A stretch of DNA of 64,000 nucleotides from an uncultured bacterium (GTDB lineage Bacteria > Patescibacteriota > Patescibacteriia > UBA9570 > XYC2-FULL-38-9), in NCBI GenBank assembly GCA_937996685.1, contig CALKUP010000015.1, positions 7,900 to 71,899 of the forward strand, given 5' to 3'. The position numbers were made by a program, and so were the translations under genes. Positions within the stretch are counted from its first letter, which is position 1. The number at the start of each line of letters is the position of its first letter. Below are positions 28,108-37,713 of this stretch, in pieces. A model generated the notes under the pieces. The model was not told where the DNA came from and ran no database searches. It was given only the letters and a program-made list of their open reading frames with translations.

Positions 28108-28251
28108 ATACGCAGTATAATACATTCCTTGCGTGAAGTCTCGGTGAAGGATTATCAAGAGACCGCTCCCCACTTCACAATCATTTCACTTTTTGTGCTC
28201 TATACTAGCTCCAGATTACATAATCTTTAATACATTTTCATTACAGTACAT

Positions 28252-28671
28252 ATGAACAAACTATACCTATTTCTTTTCGGCGCGCTTGGCGTGATTGTGA
28301 TTGGCAGCGGCATTATTGCATTAACAGCGAATACAACTGCAGGCACTGCAACAAATACACAAGCCACATCTGCTACTACTGTTTCTACAACTACAGGAGC
28401 AGCAAACACAACAACCAACGGCGATAGTTACACCCTGGCTGACATTAGTACACACAGCACCAGCTCCGACTGCTGGATGGCAATTGAAGGAAACGTGTAT
28501 GACGTCACTTCCTATATCAGTCAACATCCTGGCCGAGACACAATTTTGGAAGGCTGCGGAATTGACGCGACAGATTTGTTTACTGGCAAAAGTCGCCTTG
28601 GCAAACTCCATTCCAGCGCCGCTCGAGCACTCTTAAAAAACATGCTTGTCGGCACACTACAAAGCTCATAA
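28252..28671 (+). CDS. membrane-anchored cytochrome b5-like heme-binding domain protein
   Basis: N-terminal TM, Thr-rich linker, then DCWMAIEGNVYDVTSYISQHPG (cyt-b5 signature). Confidence 0.7.
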   Translation: MNKLYLFLFGALGVIVIGSGIIALTANTTAGTATNTQATSATTVSTTTGAANTTTNGDSYTLADISTHSTSSDCWMAIEGNVYDVTSYISQHPGRDTILEGCGIDATDLFTGKSRLGKLHSSAARALLKNMLVGTLQSS

Positions 28672-28696
28672 CACAACAGACAATACGCTGCACATA

Positions 28697-28741
28697 CTGA
28701 CCCAGCACAGCCGCACCTGTCTGGGTCAGTATCTTTTTTTG
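28697..28741 (+). terminator. intrinsic terminator
   Basis: CTGACCCAG-(15 nt)-CTGGGTCAG, a 9-bp stem, then TATCTTTTTTT. Confidence 0.65.
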
Positions 28742-28765
28742 ACAGTTTTTTGTATACTGCCTGTC

Positions 28766-29302
28766 ATGAAACATACACGTAAACCCTCACACATTATCAT
28801 TGACCGCAAACGTAGCAGCAATGACGAACGCGTCATTCGCAGTTTCAAGGCAGACACCAATGCAAAACGCACGCTCTCTGAAAAAGTTGCTGACACACTG
28901 ACCAGTCGGTTTGGCAGCATGCTTTTCCTGAGTATTAATATCCTATGGTTCAGCGTCTGGATTGTAATCAATCTTGGCATCATCCCGGGAGTCCATGCTT
29001 TTGATCCATATCCATTCGGTTTTTTGACGATGGTCGTTTCACTCGAAGCAATTATTCTGGCAATTGTGGTGTTAGTTTCTCAAAACCGCGCCGCAACCAT
29101 TGCAGATGTTCGAGAAGAAGTCACATTGCAAATGGACATCATCATTGAACGTGAACTTACGAAGACGCTACAGCTCGTCACAAAAATTGCTGAAAAAAAC
29201 GGCATCGACTTATCACACGACCCAGAGCTCAAAACAATGCTCAAAGCAACTGACGTCTCAGAGATCGAAGAAATCCTCGAAGATGAAATCACTGTACAAT
29301 AA
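28766..29302 (+). CDS. DUF1003 family membrane protein
   Basis: Start moved to MKHTRKPSHII... Two TM helices (LFLSINILWFSVWIVINLGIIPG, FGFLTMVVSLEAIILAIVVL) followed by a C-terminal coiled coil, the typical DUF1003 layout. An extended -10 (TGTATACT) lies upstream. Confidence 0.7.
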   Translation: MKHTRKPSHIIIDRKRSSNDERVIRSFKADTNAKRTLSEKVADTLTSRFGSMLFLSINILWFSVWIVINLGIIPGVHAFDPYPFGFLTMVVSLEAIILAIVVLVSQNRAATIADVREEVTLQMDIIIERELTKTLQLVTKIAEKNGIDLSHDPELKTMLKATDVSEIEEILEDEITVQ

Positions 29303-29350
29303 CGCTCTTTTCTGCTATAATACACTTACTTAATTCGTCAATATACAAAT

Positions 29351-29779
29351 ATGGAAACAAAATCATATCTTATGCACCCCGTTGCAATCGCAAACTACGT
29401 TGGTAGTATTTTATTTATTGTCGCTGGACTTCTCACTTGGATCGTTGTCCCAGAAGGCAGTTTAGCAAGTTATGCCAAAACAACTATTGAAAGTGCTGTT
29501 CAACCAAAACAAACCTTTGTTATGGTGATCGGCGTTCTGTTATTACTCCTCTCTGCATTTGCAGCTTGGAAAACTAAAAAGGCAGTATCTATTGTCAGCC
29601 TCCTCTTATTGATTGTTGTGCTCGTTCCAATGGCAACAGCGAACGTTTCTAGTAGTGCGGCTGCTGAAACTCTTGGTATCACCAAAATGGAAATGGGGTA
29701 TTATGTTGCATGGCTTGCGTGGGTCGTCTCATTCATTGCCTCTGTCGCAACCTTCTTCACCTACAAAAAACAAGCGTAA
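29351..29779 (+). CDS. hypothetical 4-TM membrane protein
   Basis: 142-aa ORF, hydrophobic throughout; a terminator follows. Confidence 0.55.
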   Translation: METKSYLMHPVAIANYVGSILFIVAGLLTWIVVPEGSLASYAKTTIESAVQPKQTFVMVIGVLLLLLSAFAAWKTKKAVSIVSLLLLIVVLVPMATANVSSSAAAETLGITKMEMGYYVAWLAWVVSFIASVATFFTYKKQA

Positions 29780-29802
29780 TCATCTATTCTCTACGCTATG
29801 CA

Positions 29803-29832
29803 AAAACCCTCATCTACTGAGGGTTTTTTCTT
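29803..29832 (+). terminator. intrinsic terminator
   Basis: AAACCCTCA-TCTAC-TGAGGGTTT-TTTT. Confidence 0.65.
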
Positions 29833-30036
29833 TTCCACTAACATAAGACAAAAAACCTGGACAAATTCACTGATATGCGCTATAAACGGTTCATTTATTA
29901 CTGCTCTTTCTCGGATCTATACGAGATTCACATTCGGCAATTGCAGATTTATAGAAAGTCGATTTATATCGATCTGCAGTTGCTGAATCACTCAGCACTG
30001 GCGCGCCCATCCCGGGTTGCGCAAGGGAGGTAGACC

Positions 30037-30279
30037 ATGGAACGATGGCTCTTCTCCGGGGCTGCCGTGAGCGCACTCGCGCTCTGGCTGTCCCACTCCT
30101 GCCCTGGCGGCGTGACTGGCCTTCTGGTCACGCTTCTCGTCTCGGAGATCGGCGCTTTTGGCGTCAGCCTCCTTCCTTGGACCGACACGGAGCGTGAAGA
30201 CGCCGTGACCGGCCTCCGCAAGGTTGGGCGAATCTCCGCCCTGCCTTTCCTCCTCGCAAGAGGGTGGAGCCAGTCCTGA
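30037..30279 (+). CDS. small two-TM membrane protein in a ~63% GC insert
   Basis: 80-aa ORF with a canonical SD (AGGGAGGTAGACC-ATG). The GC-rich block at about 29990-30345 contrasts sharply with its ~40% GC flanks. Confidence 0.5.
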   Translation: MERWLFSGAAVSALALWLSHSCPGGVTGLLVTLLVSEIGAFGVSLLPWTDTEREDAVTGLRKVGRISALPFLLARGWSQS

Positions 30280-30357
30280 TCCGACTGGTGCGTTCTGTGA
30301 GGAAATCCTCGCCTGGCCACTGTGAAAACAGTGTGTTGGTCGAGGTTGTTTTTTTAT

Positions 30358-31845
30358 CTAAAACAATGTGCCACTTGTTATCCCTGGCGCCCACTGTGCA
30401 ATATACGCCTCAAGATCAAACTTTTTTTTGAGACCTGACTGCGCCATAAACCGAACCGTTCCAAACACCTCGCGATCAAACCACGGCCGATCATGCACCC
30501 CGCCAATGGACCATGCAATGCCAACATATCCATTCGGATCACGTCCATCGAGTGAATATCGATCATTGAGCACAATCGCCCATTTCTGCGCTTGCTCTGG
30601 ATCTTTCGTCCACTCAAGTATTTTTTTTGCCCAATACATTCGCATATAGCCGTGCATTTTCCCTGTCCGAACCATTTGCAGTTGCGCCGCATTCCACGCC
30701 GGATCATGCGTCTTGCCCTGTTCAAATTCTTTCAGTGTATATAGATATTCTCGCTGATCTGTTCGATGCGCATTCAAGGTCTGCTGCGCCCACTCTGGAA
30801 AACCAGCAAACGAATCGTAGTGCGGTTGATAGAAACAATAATTATCCGACAGCTCGCGGCGCACAATCAGCTCTTCCAAAAACGCTGCAGCAGAATCCGC
30901 AAGCGACATCTGCTTCGACTGCTTTTCTCGTGACGCAGCGTTTGCTCGCGCATCAAACAATCGATTGACTGACGCGCCAGATACTGCAATCACTGACAGC
31001 GCGACACGTTGCGGTGCAATCATTCCATAATGTAGATACGGCGACAGATCTGATTGCCCATCAATTGTCGGATCATTGCGGTCGATGCCATATTCTTTCA
31101 ACCTCTCGATAAACACCTCAAGTTGTTTGTGCGCAGCAGACTCTCCGGAAGCCACGGCAATCTCAGCATCAATCGCGTGTGGCTTCGGCCCTGCTTTTTC
31201 AAGTGTCTTCCATTTTGGTGCGTGCGGTTGCGGATGGACATCTGCAATCAAACGCTGCTGTTTTGGCGAGTGCACTTCTGGAAAATCGGTTAAAAAATCC
31301 GGCAATCGCTTGTGAATCTTTGGTCTGATGGTGCGCGCTGCCCATTCTTGTTTATCAGACGTCTCCCACACCGGGACGATATTGTGCGCATCCACTTCAA
31401 TCAGCGAAAGGTTCGGCAACGCTTTCATCAACGCCACATTCCACTGTCGTTGAATCTTCAATGGATTACAATCAACCACGACTGTTTGCACATCCCATTT
31501 CTTAAGCAGCGTAGCCATATCAGCTTCTGCGTCATCACCCGCTGTCACCATCAGCGGAATATGGTGTTTATGCAACGCCACTTCAACGCTCTGCAGTCCT
31601 TCAAGCTTGAAGCGATACTGTCGTGCCCCACCACCAAGATACTCCGACTTCAAATTATACATCACAACAAGGGGTAGTTGCTGCTCCTGCGCCACCTCAA
31701 TCGCCGTCAGCAAACTCCAATTATCCTGCACCCGCATCTCTCGAGTCATCCAATACACCACAACTTGTGGCTGTGCACTTGCGACAGCTGCGCCTGCTTG
31801 CAACACACGCTGGCGTCGTTTGTCAGTCTTTGTGATATTCGTCAT
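30358..31845 (-). CDS. phr: class II CPD deoxyribodipyrimidine photolyase
   Basis: C-terminal class II hallmarks (DPNGYVGIAWSIGGVHDRPWFDREVFGTVRFMAQSGLKKKFD) and an N-terminal alpha/beta domain. ATG at 31845 (MTNITK...) is preferred over the track's TTG at 31863. Confidence 0.9.
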   Translation of the reverse strand: MTNITKTDKRRQRVLQAGAAVASAQPQVVVYWMTREMRVQDNWSLLTAIEVAQEQQLPLVVMYNLKSEYLGGGARQYRFKLEGLQSVEVALHKHHIPLMVTAGDDAEADMATLLKKWDVQTVVVDCNPLKIQRQWNVALMKALPNLSLIEVDAHNIVPVWETSDKQEWAARTIRPKIHKRLPDFLTDFPEVHSPKQQRLIADVHPQPHAPKWKTLEKAGPKPHAIDAEIAVASGESAAHKQLEVFIERLKEYGIDRNDPTIDGQSDLSPYLHYGMIAPQRVALSVIAVSGASVNRLFDARANAASREKQSKQMSLADSAAAFLEELIVRRELSDNYCFYQPHYDSFAGFPEWAQQTLNAHRTDQREYLYTLKEFEQGKTHDPAWNAAQLQMVRTGKMHGYMRMYWAKKILEWTKDPEQAQKWAIVLNDRYSLDGRDPNGYVGIAWSIGGVHDRPWFDREVFGTVRFMAQSGLKKKFDLEAYIAQWAPGITSGTLF

Positions 31846-31879
31846 ACTGTGAGTATAAAACAATCATTCGCTTTTTCCT

Positions 31880-32458
31880 ATGCTTCTCACTCTCACCCAA
31901 TTCACCGTATTAGTCTGCTACGTCTTTATCGTTGGCGTTATCTTAGCAATTCTGGAAATTCAAATTGAAGGGCGTGACGGCTGGGCCGCAAAACTTCCTG
32001 CCTGGAAACCTAAAAAAAACAGCCGGACTGCGAAAATCACCTATGCCCTGACACGCAAAGATATGACCGGATATCACCTCTCACTCTTCACCCTGTTGTT
32101 ATTCTTTTTTCATTTACCGTTTGTCTGGAATTGGACATGGAACTGGCAGCAAGAAATTCAAGTTCTCGCATTCTTTTTTGTCTTTGCCGTCATTTGGGAC
32201 TTCCTCTGGTTTGTCTTAAACCCGCATTATGCACTGCGCGATTTTGGACCAGAAGCAGTCTGGTGGCATCGCACATGGCTGTTGAAACTGCCGCTTGATT
32301 ATTGGATGGGATATCTCTGCGCGGCAATCCTCTATCTCCCACTCATCTGGAAATTCGGCAACGTCGCACTAATGCAACTCACAATCTTACTCGGCCTCAA
32401 CCTTCTGCTGACGACAATCACAATTATGCTCTACCCACACCGCAATGGAAAACAATAA
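31880..32458 (+). CDS. hypothetical polytopic membrane protein (Trp-rich)
   Basis: 192-aa ORF with 5-6 predicted TM helices; no recognised domain. Confidence 0.55.
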   Translation: MLLTLTQFTVLVCYVFIVGVILAILEIQIEGRDGWAAKLPAWKPKKNSRTAKITYALTRKDMTGYHLSLFTLLLFFFHLPFVWNWTWNWQQEIQVLAFFFVFAVIWDFLWFVLNPHYALRDFGPEAVWWHRTWLLKLPLDYWMGYLCAAILYLPLIWKFGNVALMQLTILLGLNLLLTTITIMLYPHRNGKQ

Positions 32459-33074
32459 CGACATCATTCACAACATCACCGCCCGCGTCGAAACAGCAAT
32501 GACCGGCGAAGGAACCGGCCACGACTGGCGACATGTACAGCGCGTGGTGAAACTCGCTCAATGGATCGCTGCTCGTGAAAACGCTGACTTCTACATTGTC
32601 ACACTCGCTGCGCTGCTCCACGATATTGCCGACCACAAATTTCACAATGGCGACCGCGAGATTGGCCCACGCATTGCCCGAGACATTATTCTCAGCGAAG
32701 GTGGAGACGACACAACAGCGGATATCGTTTCTGACATTATTGCACGCGTGTCATTTAGTGGATCTGGCGGGCAGAAAAACATGCAATCTATCGAAGGAAT
32801 GTGCGTTCAAGACGCTGATCGACTCGATGCGATGGGCGCGATTGGGATTGCTCGTGCGTTTGCCTATGGCGGCGCAAAAGGGCGCTTGCTCTATGAAGAA
32901 CAAAGTCCTGACTCCAGCCTTGCCCACTTCGACGACAAGCTCCTCTTACTGAAAGACTTAATGAATACAGCAACCGGCCGCGCTATTGCTGAACAGCGCC
33001 ATGCTGTGCTACACAATTACAAACAACAATTCCTCGCTGAATGGAATGGAACAGATTATGAATCACTCACTTGA
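32445..33074 (+). CDS. HD-domain phosphohydrolase
   Basis: WRHVQRV...AALLHDIADHK...DADRLDAMGAIG gives the H..HD..D motif set. Confidence 0.8.
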   Translation: MENNNDIIHNITARVETAMTGEGTGHDWRHVQRVVKLAQWIAARENADFYIVTLAALLHDIADHKFHNGDREIGPRIARDIILSEGGDDTTADIVSDIIARVSFSGSGGQKNMQSIEGMCVQDADRLDAMGAIGIARAFAYGGAKGRLLYEEQSPDSSLAHFDDKLLLLKDLMNTATGRAIAEQRHAVLHNYKQQFLAEWNGTDYESLT

Positions 33075-33915
33075 ACAACTGTGCATGCGCAATGGCGAGC
33101 TCATTTCTGCCGCTGACGCAGTGCTCCCAGTCGCAAATACAGAACTTGAATATGGTTTCGGGGTGTATGAAACCATTCGGATTGAAAATGGCATTGCGTA
33201 TTTTACTGCGCAGCATATTGATCGACTCTTCTATTCTGCGAATCACATCGGACTTGCACATCAATTTTCACAACAGCAAATCACTGAGCAGCTGAATACA
33301 TTTATTACTCAGGCTATTGCAGTCGCTCAAACCTGCAATATCAAAATCTTGTTTCTCGGCGCGGCAGACCCTGCTGATACACAACTCTATTTCTTTGCAT
33401 CTGCTCCACTCTTTGTTGACCGTAAGCTCTATAAAACCGGCTGTCATACTATAACGCACGCCTATGAACGGCCGTTTCCACAAGCCAAAACTCTCGCAAT
33501 GCTCGGCAGTTATTTGGCCTATCGAGAAGCGAAAAAAGCGGGAGCGTATGACGCCTTACTGCTCAATCGCAACAACGAAATTACTGAAGGCACCCGCACC
33601 AATTTTTTTGCTGTCAAAGGAAAAACCCTCTATCACCCACCGCAAAAAGAGATCCTTGAAGGAGTGACAAAACTTGTTCTGCAAGATATTGCGATTCAAC
33701 ATGGTTGGTCTATTATTGAGCACGAAATTTTGCATTCAGATATCAGCTCATACGACGGTGCATTCTTGACCAGCACCAGCACAAAAGTCTTACCTATTCA
33801 ATCGATCAATAACTTTTCATTTGAAACTATTGCTCCGGGTGTGCTCGAGCTTTCAACACTGTATCGTGAATACTGGACACACAGTCAGGGAATCCACAGA
33901 CAATCCGCTCTATAG
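33058..33915 (+). CDS. class IV (fold type IV) PLP aminotransferase: branched-chain or D-amino-acid aminotransferase, or ADC lyase
   Basis: EGTRTNFF, LEGVTK and AFLTSTSTKVLPI motifs. The ATG at 33058 overlaps the HD gene end by 17 nt. The upstream part of the track ORF was rejected. Confidence 0.75.
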   Translation: MNHSLEQLCMRNGELISAADAVLPVANTELEYGFGVYETIRIENGIAYFTAQHIDRLFYSANHIGLAHQFSQQQITEQLNTFITQAIAVAQTCNIKILFLGAADPADTQLYFFASAPLFVDRKLYKTGCHTITHAYERPFPQAKTLAMLGSYLAYREAKKAGAYDALLLNRNNEITEGTRTNFFAVKGKTLYHPPQKEILEGVTKLVLQDIAIQHGWSIIEHEILHSDISSYDGAFLTSTSTKVLPIQSINNFSFETIAPGVLELSTLYREYWTHSQGIHRQSAL

Positions 33916-34249
33916 TGTTTATTCTCTGTGGATAACACTAGATGTAGTAATTAAAAAACTATGTTATAGTGCTTGTACTATCGTTCTTTGCTCGAAGTTT
34001 GTCACCTTCTTTGCAACGGAAGTCTAGGTGTGATCCCTAGCGCTGACCCGCAACTGTAATATCGCCTTCACCAGAAGCGCGAATAAGCCAGGTCCAGTTC
34101 AAAGATTTTTCTGACGTTTCTCGTGGAATAGAAACAGCGTATGTGAATATTTTTGATATTCCGGCTGTGCCCGGTTTTTTTGTTGCCAAAATTCGTTGAT
34201 GCCGCCACATTGACAAATCTTCGGAGCAAACAAACCAGGAGGTGCTCCT

Positions 34250-34753
34250 ATGAGGATGACGCGTAGAGAATTTTTGAGCGGACTGAGTTGCGCCGTGATT
34301 GCTGGCAGTATTGCGACCACCACTGGTTGCACTATCACCGGAAAGACGACTGAAGACCTTGTCATTCCAGGCGCACTGATCGCGAACGGAACGACCATCG
34401 AGAACGACACTCTTGCAGACCTCTTGGAGTGGTTGATTAAAACCGATGAGTTCACTCGCATTCGAGGACTCGTTGTCGCTGAATGTCCAGAACTCGAGAG
34501 CATTGAAAATCTGGGCGAACACACGCGACTGCCCGCAGGACTCGAAATCACCTTCCGGTACGTTCAGGCGATGAAGATTGTCCGAGGAGACAACCTCTCT
34601 GGCCAGACGGTCGGCGACATCCGCCGTGAACACAACGCAAACGTGATCATCGTCAACAACGGCAATGCCCTGGAACTCAATGATGCGGAGCCGGTCTACT
34701 CTGACGACTGGATCGTCATCAATCCTGGAGAATCAAGTCGCAATAGTACCTGA
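34250..34753 (+). CDS. Tat-signal (RREFL) exported hypothetical protein in a GC-rich (~56%) insert
   Basis: MRMTRREFLSGLSCAVIAGSIATTTGCT with an AGGAGG SD. The overlapping antisense ORF 34037..34633 has no start context and was rejected. Confidence 0.65.
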   Translation: MRMTRREFLSGLSCAVIAGSIATTTGCTITGKTTEDLVIPGALIANGTTIENDTLADLLEWLIKTDEFTRIRGLVVAECPELESIENLGEHTRLPAGLEITFRYVQAMKIVRGDNLSGQTVGDIRREHNANVIIVNNGNALELNDAEPVYSDDWIVINPGESSRNST

Positions 34754-34908
34754 CGCAAACAACACCACCAGCACAATGGTTCAACAATCTCGAGAATGAG
34801 AGCGTGAATTTGAGTGCTGGTTATTTTTTTGACAGCACAGTGTTTTCTTTTTTTATTATAAATATCCGATTCATTGACAATCAAGCGCTATTTACGTACA
34901 ACTGATAC

Positions 34909-35331
34909 ATGACATTGCCAGAAATCATGGACAATTTGCGCGGCGACGGATATCGCTTAACGGTTTCACGGAAAGCCTTGCTTGAAATTCTCTACTCTGC
35001 CGACACTCCACTGTCTGCACAAGAACTCCTTGCAGCACTCACAAAGAAAAAAATCACCGTGAACAAAACAACTGTCTATCGAGAGCTTGATTTTTTGCAT
35101 GACAAAGAATTGATTGAAGAAGTGCAGTTCGGAAAAGAATCAATGAAACGCTATGAATTCGCACTTGGCACACACCACCATCACATTCAATGCATGAACT
35201 GTGGAACCGTCGCTGATGTTGATATGCCTGATGAGCTCAAAAGTGCCAGCGCTCTGATTCGCAAACAGACTGGTTTTCGCGTTCTTGAACATTCATTAGA
35301 GTTTTCTGGACTCTGCGATAATTGTCAGTAA
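34909..35331 (+). CDS. zur: Fur-family metalloregulator, probably Zur
   Basis: 140 aa with a winged helix and HHHIQCMNCG...CDNCQ metal sites. Immediately upstream of znuA. Confidence 0.85.
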   Translation: MTLPEIMDNLRGDGYRLTVSRKALLEILYSADTPLSAQELLAALTKKKITVNKTTVYRELDFLHDKELIEEVQFGKESMKRYEFALGTHHHHIQCMNCGTVADVDMPDELKSASALIRKQTGFRVLEHSLEFSGLCDNCQ

Positions 35332-35393
35332 TAGAGACCACTGATTCTTTCTTCCGTGTGGTTATCCACATTTTTTTATAGGCCGTTCTTGCA

Positions 35394-35412
35394 AATGCAA
35401 CTGAGTTGCGTT
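35394..35412. promoter_or_regulatory. candidate Zur/Fur operator (near-perfect 19-bp palindrome) upstream of znuA
   Basis: AATGCAACTGAGTTGCGTT (GCAACT-G-AGTTGC core) lies 45 bp upstream of the znuA ATG. Confidence 0.35.
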
Positions 35413-35454
35413 AGTCTGTGAACATCTGAATCCTATCTTCCCTCTATTCATCAT

Positions 35455-36438
35455 ATGAAAAAACTACTCCTGTCTCTACTTCTCCTCGCCTTTGTCGGCA
35501 CTGCAATTTTTATTACCGTATCACGCAAGCCTGATCCTGTTATCCCATCAAACCCAAACACTGTAACGGTCGTGACAAGCAACATGACAATTGCAGCATT
35601 TGCAAAAGACGTTGCCGGCGACAGCGCCACTGTCACAAGCCTTGCAAAGCCCGGCATCGAAGTGCACGACTTTGAGCCAACACCGAAACAAATCGCAAGC
35701 CTGTCAGATGCCGACCTCTTCATTATCAACGGCGCTGGACTTGAGCCATGGGCTGAAAAAATCATCCCAGATCTTCAAAAAAATGGCGTGACTGTTGTGC
35801 GCTTATCTGATTCGGTTACATTACGCAAGGCAGATAAAACATCTGACGAACATGGTCATGATGAAACTGAGACATCTGATTCACACGGACATGACGAAGC
35901 TGAAATGTCTGACCCACATTTTTGGCTCAGTCCGGTTGTAATGCAAAAAGGCATTACCGCTATTGCTGAAGGATTACGCAGTGTAGAACCAACAAACGCT
36001 GACCAATACACCAAAAACGCAGCGACGGTGAATACAGAGCTCGCAAACCTTGATGCAGAATATCGCAAAAATCTCGCTCCAGAACGCTGCCAATTAGATA
36101 CTATTATTGCCGCGCATGATGCGTATGGATATCTTGCAGCGGAATACGGTTTCACTATTGAAGCAATTTCCGGCATCTCTCCTGAAGAAGAACCGTCCGC
36201 CGCTCGATTATCTGAACTTGCAGAATTGGTTAAAAAAACTGGCATCAAACACATTTTCTTTGAAAGCCTCACGAGTCCAAAACTCGCTGAAACAATTGCC
36301 AAAGAAACGGGAGCAACAACGCTCGAACTCAATCCATTGGAAGGTTTTTCAGAAGAGGATATCGCAAACAAAAAAACATACATTTCTATCGCCAAGGACA
36401 ATCTCGCAAACCTGAAAACTGCCATGCAGTGCCAATAG
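35455..36438 (+). CDS. znuA: zinc ABC transporter substrate-binding protein (ZnuA/TroA cluster A-I) with a His-rich loop
   Basis: N-terminal TM anchor, DEHGHDETETSDSHGHDEAEMSDPHFW His/Asp/Glu loop, and overall ZnuA architecture. Confidence 0.9.
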   Translation: MKKLLLSLLLLAFVGTAIFITVSRKPDPVIPSNPNTVTVVTSNMTIAAFAKDVAGDSATVTSLAKPGIEVHDFEPTPKQIASLSDADLFIINGAGLEPWAEKIIPDLQKNGVTVVRLSDSVTLRKADKTSDEHGHDETETSDSHGHDEAEMSDPHFWLSPVVMQKGITAIAEGLRSVEPTNADQYTKNAATVNTELANLDAEYRKNLAPERCQLDTIIAAHDAYGYLAAEYGFTIEAISGISPEEEPSAARLSELAELVKKTGIKHIFFESLTSPKLAETIAKETGATTLELNPLEGFSEEDIANKKTYISIAKDNLANLKTAMQCQ

Positions 36439-36491
36439 ATCGTCAAGGAAGCAAAAGCAGTATATACTACATTTCATTACTATTGCTTTGT

Positions 36492-37592
36492 ATGAAAAAT
36501 ATCATTCTCACATCTCTATTCTGCCTGTCACTCCTTCTCCCAACAGCGACACACGCCCAAATTGCCAGCGGTGATACCGTTGAATATTTCAAAGGCGTCA
36601 TTACAGACATCCGCAACACTACTTCCCCTGCCGGCGGCAGCGAACAAACCTTCACAGTAAAATACTGTTGCGACGCAAACAAGAATGAACAATTCGCCGA
36701 AGTTAAACAAGTCAAAAGCTCGGACGATGGAGAAGAACGAGACTTTTCAAAAAACGATCGCGTTGTCATTTTGCATTTACAAAATGAATCACAGAATGCG
36801 TTTTATATTACTGAGCATTATCGCTTAAATGGCTTACTGATATTACTCGCCATCTTTGTATTGATTGCATCTATCATTGGTAGAAAAAAATCACTTGCAG
36901 CATTTGCTGGTTTAGGCTTTTCGTTTCTTGTCTTGATGTATTTTATTGTCCCGCAAATTATTCAAGGCCACAGTCCGCTGATCGTCGGCACAATTGGATC
37001 ACTCGTGATCGCGCTCATCGCAATTTTCATGGCGCACGGCATTGAAAAAAAGACCGTTCTTGCAGTTCAAGGAACGATCATTACCATTGCGCTCGCCTTT
37101 CTGTTTTCTGCCGGATCCATCTGGCTCGTCAAACTATTTGGCAAAGGATCGGAAGACGCCTTTTATGTGCAATCAGCGTTTCAGGGCGCGATCAACATGA
37201 AAGGCTTGTTGCTGATCGGTATGATTATCGGCGTCCTTGGCGTGTTAGACGACGTGACAACCGCGCTCACCGCAACGATTGAGGAAATCCACACCGCAAA
37301 CCCCGCACTTTCAAGTAAGGATCTGTTTCAAAAAGGTATGCGAGTCGGGAGAGAGCACATTGCCTCACTGATTAACACCCTTGTTCTTGCCTACGCTGGA
37401 TCATCACTTCCCCTCCTGTTATTATTTCGTGTGCAAACCCAGCCGTGGTGGGTGTCACTGAACAGCCAATTCCTTGCCGAAGAAATCACCCGTGCAATCA
37501 TCGGTAGTACTGCCTTGATTCTCGCTGTCCCAATCACCACCTTTATTGCGGCTCGCGCATACGGCCCCGAAAAGCAGTCTCTGGACAAATAA
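36492..37592 (+). CDS. YibE/F-family polytopic membrane protein with an N-terminal extracytoplasmic domain
   Basis: Signal peptide MKNIILTSLFCLSLLLPTATHAQ, a ~110-aa extracellular domain containing a CC pair, then 7-8 TM helices typical of YibE/F. Confidence 0.7.
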   Translation: MKNIILTSLFCLSLLLPTATHAQIASGDTVEYFKGVITDIRNTTSPAGGSEQTFTVKYCCDANKNEQFAEVKQVKSSDDGEERDFSKNDRVVILHLQNESQNAFYITEHYRLNGLLILLAIFVLIASIIGRKKSLAAFAGLGFSFLVLMYFIVPQIIQGHSPLIVGTIGSLVIALIAIFMAHGIEKKTVLAVQGTIITIALAFLFSAGSIWLVKLFGKGSEDAFYVQSAFQGAINMKGLLLIGMIIGVLGVLDDVTTALTATIEEIHTANPALSSKDLFQKGMRVGREHIASLINTLVLAYAGSSLPLLLLFRVQTQPWWVSLNSQFLAEEITRAIIGSTALILAVPITTFIAARAYGPEKQSLDK

Positions 37593-37626
37593 TAAAAATC
37601 TGATTATAATAGCTTTCGCTAGACCT

Positions 37627-37703
37627 GTCAGGGTAGCTCAGTTGGTTAGAGCACGGGACTCATAAGCCCGGGGTCGAGAGTTCGAATCTCTCCTCTGACA
37701 CCA
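37627..37703 (+). tRNA. tRNA-Met (anticodon CAT; elongator versus Ile2/initiator not resolved), CCA encoded
   Basis: GTCAGGGTAGCTCAGTTGGTTAGAGCACGGGACTCATAAGCCCGGGGTCGAGAGTTCGAATCTCTCCTCTGACACCA. Anticodon loop CTCATAA. Confidence 0.85.
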
Positions 37704-37713
37704 TATCGAAAGA

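Noticed and set aside
34037-34633. 198-aa minus-strand ORF overlapping the Tat-signal gene
   Set aside because: The plus-strand ORF has an AGGAGG SD and a coherent signal peptide. The minus ORF lacks start context and reads as Arg/Ser-rich GC-rich antisense.
33925-35370. Two exact DnaA-box 9-mers (TGTGGATAA at 33925-33933; TTATCCACA at 35362-35370)
   Set aside because: There are only two boxes about 1.4 kb apart, with no dnaA gene, no AT-rich unwinding element and no box cluster. This is compatible with chance and with each box sitting in a hairpin downstream of a gene. Not called as oriC.
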